A stretch of 64,000 nt of DNA from positions 416,001 to 480,000 of the forward strand of contig CAWEQH010000008.1 in the NCBI GenBank assembly GCA_963811165.1, read 5' to 3'. Below the pieces are notes generated by a model, which was not told the origin of the DNA, did no database searches, and saw nothing but the letters and a program-made list of their open reading frames with translations. The stretch is from an uncultured Nitrospiraceae bacterium. Its GTDB lineage: Bacteria; Nitrospirota; Thermodesulfovibrionia; Thermodesulfovibrionales; UBA6898. The translations under genes and the position numbers were made by a program. This document shows, in pieces, positions 49,174 through 61,138 of the stretch; positions within the stretch are counted from its first letter, which is position 1; each line of letters starts with the position of its first letter.

Positions 49174-49693
49174 TGCAAAATAGACGACTGGATCACAAAG
49201 GCGTTACCCTTGTCGAGGTGCTGATCTCACTGGTGATACTTTTGATCGTATTCCTTGGGCTTATCCAGGCTTCTATTTTGAGCATTAACCACAACCTCCG
49301 TAATGAGATGAGGGATGAGGCGGCCAGGATCGCATCCGAATCTAGGGCAGAAGCCATGCGTTACTCAGATCAACACTCTCGGCCGGAGTGCCGCCACCTG
49401 CTACTCCGGTTACTGCTGTGGTTTGTCCGGTAAAAAGCAGGTTATCCGTTCGTGATATCACCGTTATTGCCTCAATTTTTTTTTGAGGGGCCTTGACCGC
49501 CATTGCACGAGGCCTCCAAATAAATAGGGGGCATCAGAAACAGCACTCAACCATTTTTTTTGTCGAGGGGAGCAGTTGTTATACTGATAATTCTTATAGC
49601 AATGCGACGGTTACCATAACAGTTTCATATACAATTCCCGGCGATGCTGTCCAAAGCACAACGACTGCCAGTGATATTGTGAGAAGGTATTAA
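49173..49693 (+). CDS. pilV: PilV-like minor pilin (frameshifted, garbled middle)
   Basis: KGVTLVEVLISLVIL N-terminus; ITVSYT C-terminal fragment. Confidence 0.65.
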
Positions 49694-50957
49694 TGACGAT
49701 TAAGAGACATACTTGGATGTCTGCGGTCTTAGACCGGCTTGTTCTTTGTCAGTCTGGAGGATTCACACTGGTTGAGCTGATGATTACCATGATAATATTT
49801 GTTTTGGCGATCGCAGCTGCCTCGCAGATATTTGTGGGGCTGCTGAACCAGTTTAAACAGCATAGCAACATTGCAGAGACGAATATCGAGGGTATTATCG
49901 GACTGGAAATGCTCAGGGCCGACATCCAACAGGTGGTGTTGGCCTGCCCTGGAACATAGGTGCTAATAATTATAATGAGGCGGTCAATGATACTGCCAAC
50001 GTTCTGGACAGGCGTTGATACACGGCCAAATTATAATGATGCAACCTGCTGAACCCTCCAAGGGCACTGGTAATTGGGCCGGGAGAGGGGTTGAACGGCT
50101 CTGACATCCTTGTTGTCAAGGCGACGAGTGTCGGCAACAAACGCCACCGCACATAAATCCGACTTATATTACGCCGGGCGCTGTACCTCCGATTAAATCT
50201 GGGGGCTCCGCGCAGGATGACCTGGTAAATACGGATTATGTTATTGCAATACAGCAGGTCGACCGACAAATGGGAACCTAATGGTACTATTTAGGCGGCG
50301 CCTGAATGAAGCAAATGGCGGATTTCAATTCGTCTGCACTCCGCCTGGAAACGATGTCCACCGGTTTAAGCGCCTACTACCGGCTTTACCCCCCCTGAAA
50401 GCAACCTGATATTCGGGGTTAGTCTGACCGGTCCCCTGCGGATGCCTTTTAACCGGGGCGGATTATAATATTGAGAACGCCCGCCGCCGGCATGCCGACA
50501 AGATGTGCGCCGGGAACAGGAGTTTTATACAAGGCAACTGTTAATCACGCTGACGGCAAACATTTAGAAATGCCCTTAATGGACTGTGTTTTAGATATGC
50601 GGGTGGTCGTCGCTGCCGAAGTTCCGCCCCCCGGTACAACGATTCGTACCGGCACCGCTAACGCAGCCTGGAGAGCAATACCTCCGCCCGCTCTTGGGGC
50701 AGCACAACAGGTGAGGGACCAGGCCATCGATGTCAGGGTCTATATAGTTGCTCAAGAGGGACAGGAGAGACACTTCGTATACCTATGTGAATCCGAATCC
50801 ACTTGCAGGGCCGCCAGCGTGTATGGGTGCGAATATGGTATGTATTAACGACAACAGTGGCGGCATAACAACAGTAATTCCTGTTACGGTCCCGGATGTG
50901 AACTACCGGTGGAAATTATATACATTAGTGGCCAAGCCATATTTTAGTCTGAAATAA
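49693..50957 (+). CDS. pilW: PilW-like minor pilin (frameshifted)
   Basis: GFTLVELMITM; later fragments RCAPGTGVLYKA, VRVYIVAQEG and YRWKLYTLVAKP. Confidence 0.7.
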
Positions 50958-50967
50958 TGAGGTAATA

Positions 50968-51562
50968 ATGAAATTAATAAGAAACGAAAAAGGCATAGCG
51001 CTCGTGATGGTTTTAATATTTTCAATGATAGGGCTTGCGATTGTATCGGCGATGCTTTTTATGTTGAACAGGGGACCAGGACGTCGGGCGCCTTCAAGAT
51101 CTATAAATCGGCGGACAAGGCAGGGCTCGGCGGCACAGTGGCTGCGGTAGGATTGATCAAGACAAGAGGCCTCTATATTCCCGCAGCTAATCTGCCCTTT
51201 GGGTTGGACCATGCCTCCAGCAAAAGCTGAGTGCCCCAAGCACAGGATGGACCAGTTGCGCCGGTGATCCCGACCAGGCTTTCGATGGATCCAACTGTCA
51301 GCCCGGATTATTTTATTGATCTCCCCGGTCCATCGGAACTTCCTTCAGGGCATATTCAAAAATTGTTTCCTCTGTCCAGGGCAACACTGACACCAGCGGA
51401 CTTGTTACGACCGGGCAATTGGGCGGCCAAGGTGTTGTTGCTTCTGCAAGCGGTATGGTGAGTCCTCCGGCTGTCCCCTATCTCTACAGCATTGAGGTCG
51501 AGACCCAGAATGCAGCAAACCCGGTGGAAAAAGCGCGATATTCAACCTTATATGCGTATAGG
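50968..51562 (+). CDS. pilX: PilX-like minor pilin (frameshifted)
   Basis: NEKGIALVMVLIF (no Glu5, typical of PilX); C-terminal YLYSIEVETQN...EKARYSTLYAY. Confidence 0.7.
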
Positions 51563-51700
51563 CATTTTTCTTCTAAAGCCGCGGTCCGACCTTGTCCGGG
51601 GCCACGCTTTTACGTTTTCCGGTCACGGTTATCTTGAAAATTACCCTGTCTCGTGTTATCATTTCTTCATGCGTATGAAGGGATTTTCGATCTTTTAATT

Positions 51701-51970
51701 ATGGCGGACAAACAGTTTAAATATTCCCTCATTCTTAGGGCGACCGATGACAAGAGGTTGCAGTATATTACTGCCAGGCGACTGGGTGAGCTCTGGCCGG
51801 AGCAGTCGTTTGCTCAGTGGAAGGCAAGGGTGGACAGAGGGGAAACCATAATCCTTATGCGTTCCGATAGCTTAGCGGAGATAAACCCGTACAAGCAGAA
51901 ACTTGACGAAGCCGGTGCGATCTCGGATATCGTGGAGCAGAAGTCCATCGGTGGAGCGAAAGTTTTCTAA
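51701..51970 (+). CDS. Hypothetical protein
   Basis: Compact ORF with plausible composition. Confidence 0.55.
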   Translation: MADKQFKYSLILRATDDKRLQYITARRLGELWPEQSFAQWKARVDRGETIILMRSDSLAEINPYKQKLDEAGAISDIVEQKSIGGAKVF

Positions 51971-52195
51971 TAGGCGCGCAAGAGACAAATAGTGCCGTGC
52001 GGACATGCGAGATCAAGTTTTACCGTTCTGATTTTTTGAAACATCTTTAAGGAATTTACTTCTCCCCCTGCAATGGAAGCCCTACAGTAGCCTGCTTTTT
52101 CTGCGGTATTTATTGTCTTCTGCATGTGTCTCCGTATCTCTGTGTTTATCCTTCGCGCAATTGACTTGAAAATCCCCATAAGTTAATATTTCTGT

Positions 52196-55100
52196 ATGCA
52201 TTTACACTCGGATTATGTTTCCCTCCATCTGCATACTGAATACAGTCTCCTGGACGGCGCGATAAGGATAAAAGAACTGGTGGAGCGGGCAAAAGAGTTC
52301 AAGATGCCTGCTATCGCCATGACCGACCACGGCTATCTTTTCGGCGCGGTCGATTTTTATAAACAGGTGACGAAGGCAGGCCTCAAGCCGATTATCGGCT
52401 GCGAGGTATATGTTGCGCCCGGCAGCCGTCTTGACAGGGGCGGGACGGAAAACGAGGAGAGCGTCCTTTCACCTGATACTTCTTGCCAGGGACAATGCAG
52501 GATACAAAAACCTTGTCACGCTGGTCACGAAGGCCTATCTTGAGGGGTTTTATTACAAACCGAGGATGGACATGGACCTCCTCGAACAATACAGCGGCGG
52601 GCTGATCGCGCTTTCCGCCTGCCTAAAAGGTGAGATACCCTATTGTCTTCAGAGGGGTCTTGGACGACGGGCAAGGGAGAGGGCGCTCCAGTACAAGCAT
52701 ATCTTCGGCCCGGAGAATTTTTATATCGAGATCCAGGAAAACGGCATGCCCGAGCAGGCCGAGGTGAACAAACAGCTGATAGAGCTTGGCCGGGAACTCC
52801 ATATCGGCCTGGTTGCGACGAATGACTGCCATTACCTGAAAAAAGAGGACGCCAAGGCCCATGAGGTGCTCCTTTGCATCCAGACGGGCAAGACGCTGAA
52901 GGACGCAAACCGGATGAAGTTCAGCTCCGATGAGTTCTATTTTAAGTCACCTGAAGAGATGAAAGAGGCGTTCAAAGACATACCCGAGGCCATTGCGAAT
53001 ACGATCGTCATCGCCGAGCGCTGCAATGTCGAATTCAAGCTGGGCGAAAGTCTCCTCCCCCGGTATAAGGTGGAAACAGGCGAGAACCCCAATGATTTTC
53101 TTGCGGCTCGCGCAGACGGCCTCGAAAAGAAATTCAGCGGTCCAGTGCCTCGAGACGTACAGGGAAAGGTTGAGACTGAACTCGACGTGATCAGAAAGAT
53201 GGGATATGCGTCGTATTTTCTTATCGTCTGGGATTTCATAAGCTATCGCAAGAAGCAAGGGCATCCCCGTGGGGCCCGGCAGGGGGTCTGCCGCAGGCAG
53301 CCTGGTCTCCTACTGCCATGGGATAACGGAGATAGACCCGCTTAAGTATAACCTCCTCTTCGAGCGGTTCTTAAACCCCGAAAGGATAAGCATGCCCGAT
53401 ATAGACGTCGACTTCTGCCAGGACAGGAGGGGAGAGGTCATAACCTATGTCTCGGAAAAATACGGCAAGGACCATGTCGCCCAGATAATCACCTTTGGGA
53501 CGATGGCGGCAAAGGCCGCGATAAGGGATGTCGGCCGCGCAATGGACATGCCGTATGCCGAGGTCGACAGGATAGCAAAACTCGTCCCCAACACGCTTAA
53601 GATCACGATTGAAGAGGCCATGAAAGCCGGAACCCCAGCTCAAAGGATTTATACGAGTCGGATGCCGAGGTGAGGGAACTGCTGGATATCGCGATGAGGC
53701 TCGAAGGGCTGAACAGGCACGCCTCGACGCATGCGGCAGGCGTGGTCATCTCGCCGGTGCCGCTGACGGAATATACGCCGCTTTATAAGAGCCCTTCGGA
53801 TGAAAGCATCATGACCCAGTTCGATATGGGGTCTATCGAGGGGATCGGGCTTCTTAAAGTTCGATTTCCTCGGGCTTAAGACCCTTACCGTAATACAAAA
53901 GACCCTTGAACTATATCAGACAGGGCGGCAGAGAGGTCTCTCTCAAGGACATCCCGCTTGATGACAGGGAAACCTATGAACTCCTCAGCTCAGGCCAGAC
54001 GACCGGTATATTTCAGCTTGAAAGCGCGGGCATGAAGGACATCCTGGTGAAGATGACGCCCAACAGGTTTGAGGACCTGATCGCGCTTGTTGCCCTTTAC
54101 AGGCCCGGCCCTATCGGCAGCGGCATGATAGACGATTTCATAAAGCGGAAAAAGGGGAGGACGGCGGTGAAGTATGACCTGCCCCAGCTTAAAAGAGATA
54201 CTCGATGAGACCTACGGCGTTATCCTCTATCAGGAGCAGGTCATGAGGATAGCGAACAAACTCGCCAATTTTTCTCTCGGTCAGGCCGATATCCTCAGAA
54301 AGGCGATGGGGAAGAAGAACACGAGGCGATGGCAAAGCAGAAGGAGCATTTTGTAACGGGCGCAGTCGCCAACGGCATCCCCGAGAAAAAGGCGACCAAG
54401 ATATTTGACCTCATGGCAACTTTTCGCAGAATACGGATTCAATAAATCCCATTCCGCTGCCTATGCATATGTCTCATTCCAGACGGCGTATCTCAAGGCG
54501 CATTACCCGGTGGAATTCATGGCCGCGACCCTCAGCGCGGACATGTCACGATACCGACAAGATCGTAAAGTCCATAAACGAATGCAGGCAGATGAAGATG
54601 AGATCCTGCCTCCGGACATAAACCTCTCCGGAAGCGAGTTCAGGGTTATGGGCAATTCGATACGGTTCGGGCTCGCGGCGGTAAAGGGTGTCGGAGGCGG
54701 CCGCGATAGAATCGATCGTGGAGGTCAGGATCGGAGGGAGGGCCTTTCAAGTCGATCTCCGATTTTGTCGGGACGGGTCGATACCCGCGCAAGGTGAACA
54801 AGAAAGTGCTCGAGGGCCTTGTAAAGGCAGGCGCCTTTGATTCGCTGGGCGTAACGAGGGCGGCTGCGATGGAGTCTGTCACAGACCTCCTAAACGGCGG
54901 AAGCCGAAAAACGACGGCCAGCAGAGCATCTTCGGTGAGATGCCGCTTGAGACGATACAGGATGCGGCGGAGTGGGAGGAGACGGAATTATTGACCAACG
55001 AGAAAGAGTCGCTCGGCTTTTATATCACAGGCCACCCCCTGTCTAAGTATGATCCCATGCTCAGGCGAACTGAAGGCAAGAAAGACATCGGAGGTTGAGC

Positions 55101-55606
55101 TCGCGGCCGACAAAGAGGATATTTTGATCGGCGGCGTATTGCGGGGTATAAAGAGAAAGAACGTGAAGTCTACCGGCGACATGATGGCATATGTGACCCT
55201 CGAAGACGACGAAGGCAGCGTCGAGGTGATTGTTTTTCCGGAACTATATAAAAGCGTCAATGCACTTCTGAAAAAGGACGTGCTTGTGTTTGTGAAGGGC
55301 AATATTGACAGGGACGAAAAAGGCGCCCGGGTAAGGGCAAGGGAAGTCTCGGCCCTGGAGAGCGTCGGCAACAACGGACTGAAACGGCTTGAGATATCCC
55401 TTAGCGACGGGGAGTCGTGCAGGTCCAGGTTGCAGGAGATACGGTCTCTCGTCTCCCGTTACCCGGGGGATTGTCAGCTTTATCTGAGGATAAGTCTTGA
55501 GGGGTCGCAGGCGCTTATCGCCACGGGGATCAATTTACAACCGGATCAGGCGCTGATCAGCACCCTCGAGAACATGGTGGGAAGAGGAGGCGTTACCGTT
55601 TCATGA
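52196..55606 (+). CDS. dnaE: DNA polymerase III alpha subunit, in nine ORF fragments (probable sequencing frameshifts)
   Basis: [46 protein letters not shown] and the OB-fold appear in order across shifted frames. Confidence 0.93.
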
Positions 55607-56581
55607 TGAGGTTCATACCTTGAATTTGAAAAACCGATTGAAGAGCTCGAAATGAAGATTGAGGAGCTCAGACGCATATCGGACGGGAAGGACATTAACC
55701 TGACCGGGGAGGTCAAGAAACTCGAAAAGAAGGTCAGGGACCTCCGGACCGAGATATTTTCGAAGCTTACGCCCTGGCAAAAGACGCTTCTGGCGAGGCA
55801 CCCCGACCGTCCTTATACGCTCGATTATATTCAGCTCATTGCCGAAGAATTCATCGAGCTGCACGGCGACAGAAGGTTCGCAGACGACAAGGCGATTGTC
55901 GGCGGACTCGCCCTGATAAAGGGCAATCCCGTTGTCATAATAGGCCAGCAAAAGGGCAGAGGCACAAAGGAGAGGATACGGCGGAATTTCGGCCAGCCTC
56001 ACCCGGAGGGATATAGAAAGGCAATGAGGCTCATGGAGCTTGCCGAGAAGTTCAATCGGCCGGTCATTACCTTTGTGGACACCCAGGGCGCTTTTCCGGG
56101 ACAGGGGGCTGAGGAAAGAGGACAGGCGGAGGCTATCGCCGCGAATCTTATGCGGATGGCGAGGTTAAGGACCCCGATCATCTCTATCGTGATCGGGGAA
56201 GGCGGAAGCGGCGGGGCCCTTGCCCTGAGCGTAGCAGACAGGCTTTATATGCTTGAGCATGCGGTCTATTCCGTTATATCGCCCGAAGGTTGTGCGGCGA
56301 TCCTCTGGAGAAAAAACGGAGAATTGCGTTCCGAGGATTTCTCAAAGGCGGCCGAGGCACTGAAACTGACCGCCCAGGACCTGCTGAAGTTCAAGATAAT
56401 AGACGACATTATCGCCGAGCCGACCGGAGGGGCGCACCGGGACATTCAGCAGACCGCACAGAACATTTCCGACCGCATACTGGCGACGATCGAGGAACTG
56501 AGGGGGAAGGCCCCGGGGAAGCTCGTGGAAGAAAGGTATAAAAGGCTCAAAAAGATAGGCAGTTTTGCCGGTGAGGCATAA
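55603..56581 (+). CDS. accA: Acetyl-CoA carboxylase carboxyltransferase alpha subunit (one extra base near the start)
   Basis: [29 protein letters not shown] and [10 protein letters not shown] motifs. The ATG at 55603/55606 is one base out of frame with YLEFEK. Confidence 0.94.
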
Positions 56582-56662
56582 ATATTATTGAGACTATTTT
56601 AAAATTTGATCACACAGTTTTCGATCATCCATAGGGGTCGGTAAATTCATAACGGAGGAAAA

Positions 56663-57178
56663 ATGAAAAAAATTATTGTAGTGATCGTAATGGTCCTTTT
56701 GGCCGCTTCATGCAAACAAAAAGAAGAACCTAAGTACCAGTTCCCTGCCGGCAATGTCCAGCCCCAGGAAGACACGAAACTTCTCGAGGATTTTGTGAAA
56801 AAGGAGCCCGGAAACGTCGATGCATGGATCAAGCTGGGCAACGCACAGATGGATTCAAGACATTTCAGCGAGGCGATCGGTGCGTATCAAAAGGCGCTTG
56901 CCATCAATCCGAAAAACGTCAATGTGATGGTCGATCTGGGGACCTGTTACAGAAACAGCGGAAGACCGGCTGAGGCGATCAAGGAATACGGAAAGGCCCT
57001 TGAAATTGACCCGGGCCATCTCATGGCCCGCAAGAACCTCGGCATAGTGCTGGCCTTTGATTTACAAGACAAAGCTCAGGCGATCAAGGAGTTCGAAAAA
57101 TACCTGGAGCTTGCCCCGAATGCCCAGGATGCCGGACAGGTCCGGCAGACTATCCAGGCGTTGAAAGCCGGAAAATAG
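56663..57178 (+). CDS. TPR-repeat lipoprotein
   Basis: Lipobox AASC; three to four TPR repeats. Confidence 0.85.
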   Translation: MKKIIVVIVMVLLAASCKQKEEPKYQFPAGNVQPQEDTKLLEDFVKKEPGNVDAWIKLGNAQMDSRHFSEAIGAYQKALAINPKNVNVMVDLGTCYRNSGRPAEAIKEYGKALEIDPGHLMARKNLGIVLAFDLQDKAQAIKEFEKYLELAPNAQDAGQVRQTIQALKAGK

Positions 57179-57204
57179 CGGCTTGCACGGCATGTGCGGT
57201 TGAT

Positions 57205-58995
57205 ATGGTGGAAAGACTTTCCAGCGTTCCGACAAAGCCGGGCATTTATATCTTTAAAGACGAAAAAAACAGGGTCCTCTATGTAGGAAAGGCGAAAAAT
57301 CTAAGAAACCGCCTCAGGAGCTATTTTCAGAGGTCCGCCGCCCTCGATGAGAGAAAAGCCGCGATGGCCAAGAGCATAGAGGACTTTGAATTTACGGTTA
57401 CCGGGAACGAACTCGAGGCCTTTATCCTCGAGGCGAACCTCATAAAGCAGTACCGGCCGAGGTACAACATACTCCTCAGGGACGACAAGAGCTATCCTTA
57501 TCTGAAACTCACGGTAAATGAGACATGGCCCCGTATCGAGGTGGTCAGAAGGGTCCAAAAAGACGGGGCCAAATACTTCGGTCCCTATGTCCCCTCCGGC
57601 GCGATGTGGGAAATCCTCTCTTTTATCAGGAATAATTTCACTATCAGGACCTGCAGGTATTCGCTTGAGAAGAGGATGAGGCCCTGCATACAGCATCAGA
57701 TCAAAAAATGCATCGCGCCCTGCGGCGGAAAGGTGGACCATGCGGAATATATGAGCATGGTCAATGAGGTGAGGCTCCTCCTCGAAGGAAAGAACAAGGG
57801 GCTTCTCGATATGCTCGAGAAAAAGATGAAGAGGCTGTCCGATGAGATGCGGTATGAGGAGGCAACACTTGTAAGAGACCGGATAAGGGCCATACGACAG
57901 ATATCGGAGAGGCAAAAGGCGGTGGCCCCCGAACTCGGAGATATAGACACAATCGGCATTTTCCGGGAAGAAGACAGGGCAGTATTCAAAATTTTGTTTA
58001 TAAGAAGCGGGATCATGATAGGGTCCAGGCACTTTTTTGTCGGCAATGTCACGGGTGAAACGGACGGCTATCTTCTTAGGAACTTCATCGGTCAGTTTTA
58101 CGGGAGGGAAATTATCCCGCCGCCTGAGGTCCTCTCTGCATTTCAGCCTGACGATACGGCTGTCCTGTTGTCCTGGCTTTCTGAAAAGCGCGGGTCCCCG
58201 GTAAAGATCACGGTACCCAAAAGGGGGATCAGGCGCGGGCTTGTTGAAATGGCGAGGCAAAACGCGGAAGTCCTCTCACGGAGCGAAAAAGAAACGGGGT
58301 GGAAGTCTACGCTTAGAGAACTGGCGACATTCCTCGGACTAAAAGAAACGCCCCGAGACATCGGGGCCTTTGATATCTCCAATATCTCGGGAAAAGAGCC
58401 TGTAGGGGCCTTTGTGTACTGGTCCGACGGGCGGTTTCAAAAAGACAGATACAGACATATCAGGATGGACGCGGTAAAGGGACCTGACGACTATTCAATG
58501 ATGAAGGAGATGATTCGAAGGACGATCGGGAACCTCGAGGGGAGTATGCCGGACCTTCTGATAATCGACGGCGGAAGGGCGCATCTTGATGCGGCCCTGG
58601 AGGTGCTTGAGGAAAACGGCGCTGCCGAAACCGTGGCGGTGGGGCTTGCCAAGGACCCCGACAGGATCTTCCTGAAGGGGGGGAAGGCCCCTCTCAGCCT
58701 CGAAGACGGCAATGCGCGTTCACTTCTTTTGAAACGGATAAGAGACGAGGTCCACCGCTTCGCGATAAGCTATCATAAAAAGCTCCGCGCAAAGAGGACC
58801 TTCGAATCGCCCCTTGAGAAGATCCCGGGTGTTGCAAAAAAGAGGAGGTTCGAATTGCTCAGACATTTTGGCAGTATAGAGGAGATCAAAAACGCGCCGG
58901 TGGAAGAGATCGCCGCATTGAAGGGGTTTCACCGGAAGATCGCAGAGAAGATCCATGGGGCGTTATCGAAAACCAAAGAAAAGGAGACTTTATGA
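57205..58995 (+). CDS. uvrC: Excinuclease ABC subunit C
   Basis: GIY-YIG domain (PGIY..LYVGKAKNL), FDISN, LIIDGG, RDEVHRFA and HhH motifs. Confidence 0.96.
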   Translation: MVERLSSVPTKPGIYIFKDEKNRVLYVGKAKNLRNRLRSYFQRSAALDERKAAMAKSIEDFEFTVTGNELEAFILEANLIKQYRPRYNILLRDDKSYPYLKLTVNETWPRIEVVRRVQKDGAKYFGPYVPSGAMWEILSFIRNNFTIRTCRYSLEKRMRPCIQHQIKKCIAPCGGKVDHAEYMSMVNEVRLLLEGKNKGLLDMLEKKMKRLSDEMRYEEATLVRDRIRAIRQISERQKAVAPELGDIDTIGIFREEDRAVFKILFIRSGIMIGSRHFFVGNVTGETDGYLLRNFIGQFYGREIIPPPEVLSAFQPDDTAVLLSWLSEKRGSPVKITVPKRGIRRGLVEMARQNAEVLSRSEKETGWKSTLRELATFLGLKETPRDIGAFDISNISGKEPVGAFVYWSDGRFQKDRYRHIRMDAVKGPDDYSMMKEMIRRTIGNLEGSMPDLLIIDGGRAHLDAALEVLEENGAAETVAVGLAKDPDRIFLKGGKAPLSLEDGNARSLLLKRIRDEVHRFAISYHKKLRAKRTFESPLEKIPGVAKKRRFELLRHFGSIEEIKNAPVEEIAALKGFHRKIAEKIHGALSKTKEKETL

Positions 58996-59924
58996 ACTTA
59001 TATATATCAGGCTCTCTTGCATACGACAGGATAATGGATTTTCCCGGAAGGTTTTCAGACCATATCCTCCCGGACAAGATCCATATCCTGAATGTCTGTT
59101 TCACGGTAAACGGTATGGTTGAGAAGTTCGGAGGCACCGCAGGCAACGTCGCATATTCGCTCGGACTGCTTGGGGAGCGGCCCAAGGTCCTGGCAGCTAT
59201 CGGAAAGGACTATGGGACGTATTTCGAGTGGCTCCGCCAAAACGGTCTGCCGCTTGACGGCATCAGGGTCGTAGAGGAAGAATTCACCGCAGGGGCGTAC
59301 ATCACTACCGACAGGGCCGACAACCAGATAACCGGCTTCAATCCGGGTGCGATGAAGTATCAAACTGAATATGAGTTCAGCGATGAGGACACGGGCGGTT
59401 CGATATGCCTTATTGCGCCCGGGAACCTCAGGGACATGATAGAATATGCAGCGGCCTGCAGGAACAGAGGGATCAAATACATCTGCGACCCCGGGCAGTC
59501 GCTGACCCAGTGGGACGGCAAGGCGCTCAAGGACTGGATAGAGGGATCGACGCTCCTGGTATCGAATGATTACGAGCTCGAACTCATCATCAAGATGACC
59601 GGGCTTGACAAGAAAGAACTGCTTGGTCTTACGGGGACGATCATTACGACTACCGGGGAAAAAGGCTCTCTTGTAAGCAGTGGCTGTTTGGATGAGGGCA
59701 TCGGAGTCGCAAAGGCAACCGATGTAGTCGATCCTACGGGCGCGGGCGATGCGTACAGGGCCGGGTTGTTGAAGGGGCTTGCCACGGGAAAGGACATGCT
59801 GACTTCGGCCAAGATGGGGGCGGTCGCGGCCTCCTATGCCGTAGAGAAATACGGCACGCAGGAGCACCGGTTCTCTCTTGATGATTTTATGAAGAGATAT
59901 AGGGAGAACTTCGGGGAGCTATAG
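58992..59924 (+). CDS. PfkB-family carbohydrate/nucleoside (adenosine-like) kinase
   Basis: SGSLAYDRIM, GGTAGN and DPTGAGDAYRAG motifs. Confidence 0.9.
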   Translation: MNLYISGSLAYDRIMDFPGRFSDHILPDKIHILNVCFTVNGMVEKFGGTAGNVAYSLGLLGERPKVLAAIGKDYGTYFEWLRQNGLPLDGIRVVEEEFTAGAYITTDRADNQITGFNPGAMKYQTEYEFSDEDTGGSICLIAPGNLRDMIEYAAACRNRGIKYICDPGQSLTQWDGKALKDWIEGSTLLVSNDYELELIIKMTGLDKKELLGLTGTIITTTGEKGSLVSSGCLDEGIGVAKATDVVDPTGAGDAYRAGLLKGLATGKDMLTSAKMGAVAASYAVEKYGTQEHRFSLDDFMKRYRENFGEL

Positions 59925-60097
59925 TACATGGGCGTCTATGAGGCCGTGGATTGTAGAGGTGTCGTAAGGGCCGCCGCCCCTCACTATACTGCTACTGCGT
60001 ATCCTGCCTCACAATACAATTAGCTGCGAGGGAGTTGATAACCGCGGTATCGGCATTTCCATTATGAATACCCCAGCAAAGGCGATATAATTGTGAC

Positions 60098-61138
60098 ATG
60101 ATCAACGAAGAAGCGATCAAGTCCTATCTACGGAAGAAATTCAACGACATCGTCGGCGTCGATATCAGCAAACTCGGGTCAGGGGTGCAGGGTTCGGGGT
60201 TCCATGTAGAGATGAAGACCGCAGTGGGGAGTAGATCATACGTCGTAAAAAGGCTTCTTTCCGAAGGACTCGGACATGATTATCCCTCCGACCGCGCGGC
60301 GGTCTTTCTTTTGGATCTCGATGAATACGGGAACCTTCAGCGTCACGTGAGAGCGGTCGATGTGTTGGCCGAGATGGGCGACGGGACGATCAGATCGATA
60401 GGCGGCGCAAGGGAGTACTATCTTCTTATGGAGAAGGCCGCCGGGACTGATTACTTCCGGGACCTCGGGGCTTTTTCCGAGAAAAAGCGCCTCGACGAAC
60501 ACGATGTAAAGAAAATAGGGGCGCTGGCCGCGTACCTTGCAGAAATCCATTCGGTCAAGAAGGATTCGAAGGCCCTGTATTGGCGAAAGCTGAGGGACAC
60601 CATAGGCCACGGCGAATGCCTGATGGGGGTTTTCGACACGTATCCGGACGGCACGCTCAGTTACGGGGAGATGGCCGAGATAGAAAAAAAGTGCGTGGAC
60701 TGGAGGGCCAGGCTTAAGCCGCTTTCAAAGCGGCTGTCACAGATACACGGAGATTTTCACCCCGGCAATATTTGGTTTCAAAACGATGAAGACTTTATTC
60801 TCCTTGACAGGTCCAGAGGGCCGTGGGGCGAACCCGCGGACGATGTCACCGCACTTGCCATAAACTATATTTTTTTTTCAATCAGGAAGCACGGGGACGT
60901 AAGAAACGCATACCTCGAAGGACTGAAGTTGTTCTTCGACGAATATATCAGAGTATCGGGAGATGGGGAGATACGAGAGGTGGTCGCACCCTTTTTTGCC
61001 TTTAGAGCAGTGGTAGTTGCAAACCCCGTATTTTACCCCGACGTAACTCCCGAAAAGAAAGAGGTGCTCTTAAGGTTTTGCAGAAATGTGCTTGACCGCA
61101 GTGCCTTCGTTCCCGAGGAAGTGAACAGTTACTTGTGA
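60098..61138 (+). CDS. Aminoglycoside phosphotransferase-like kinase family protein
   Basis: HGDFHPGNI and LLD motifs. Confidence 0.8.
   Translation: MINEEAIKSYLRKKFNDIVGVDISKLGSGVQGSGFHVEMKTAVGSRSYVVKRLLSEGLGHDYPSDRAAVFLLDLDEYGNLQRHVRAVDVLAEMGDGTIRSIGGAREYYLLMEKAAGTDYFRDLGAFSEKKRLDEHDVKKIGALAAYLAEIHSVKKDSKALYWRKLRDTIGHGECLMGVFDTYPDGTLSYGEMAEIEKKCVDWRARLKPLSKRLSQIHGDFHPGNIWFQNDEDFILLDRSRGPWGEPADDVTALAINYIFFSIRKHGDVRNAYLEGLKLFFDEYIRVSGDGEIREVVAPFFAFRAVVVANPVFYPDVTPEKKEVLLRFCRNVLDRSAFVPEEVNSYL

Noticed and set aside
52196..55606. dnaE as a true pseudogene or programmed frameshifting/intein case
   Set aside because: Many scattered indels also hit neighbouring genes, no slippery-site pattern or intein motifs were seen, and the gene is essential. 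Sequencing error is the simpler explanation.
59925..60085. Possible ncRNA in the gap between the PfkB kinase and the APH-like gene
   Set aside because: No recognisable RNA family motif or convincing long stem was seen.
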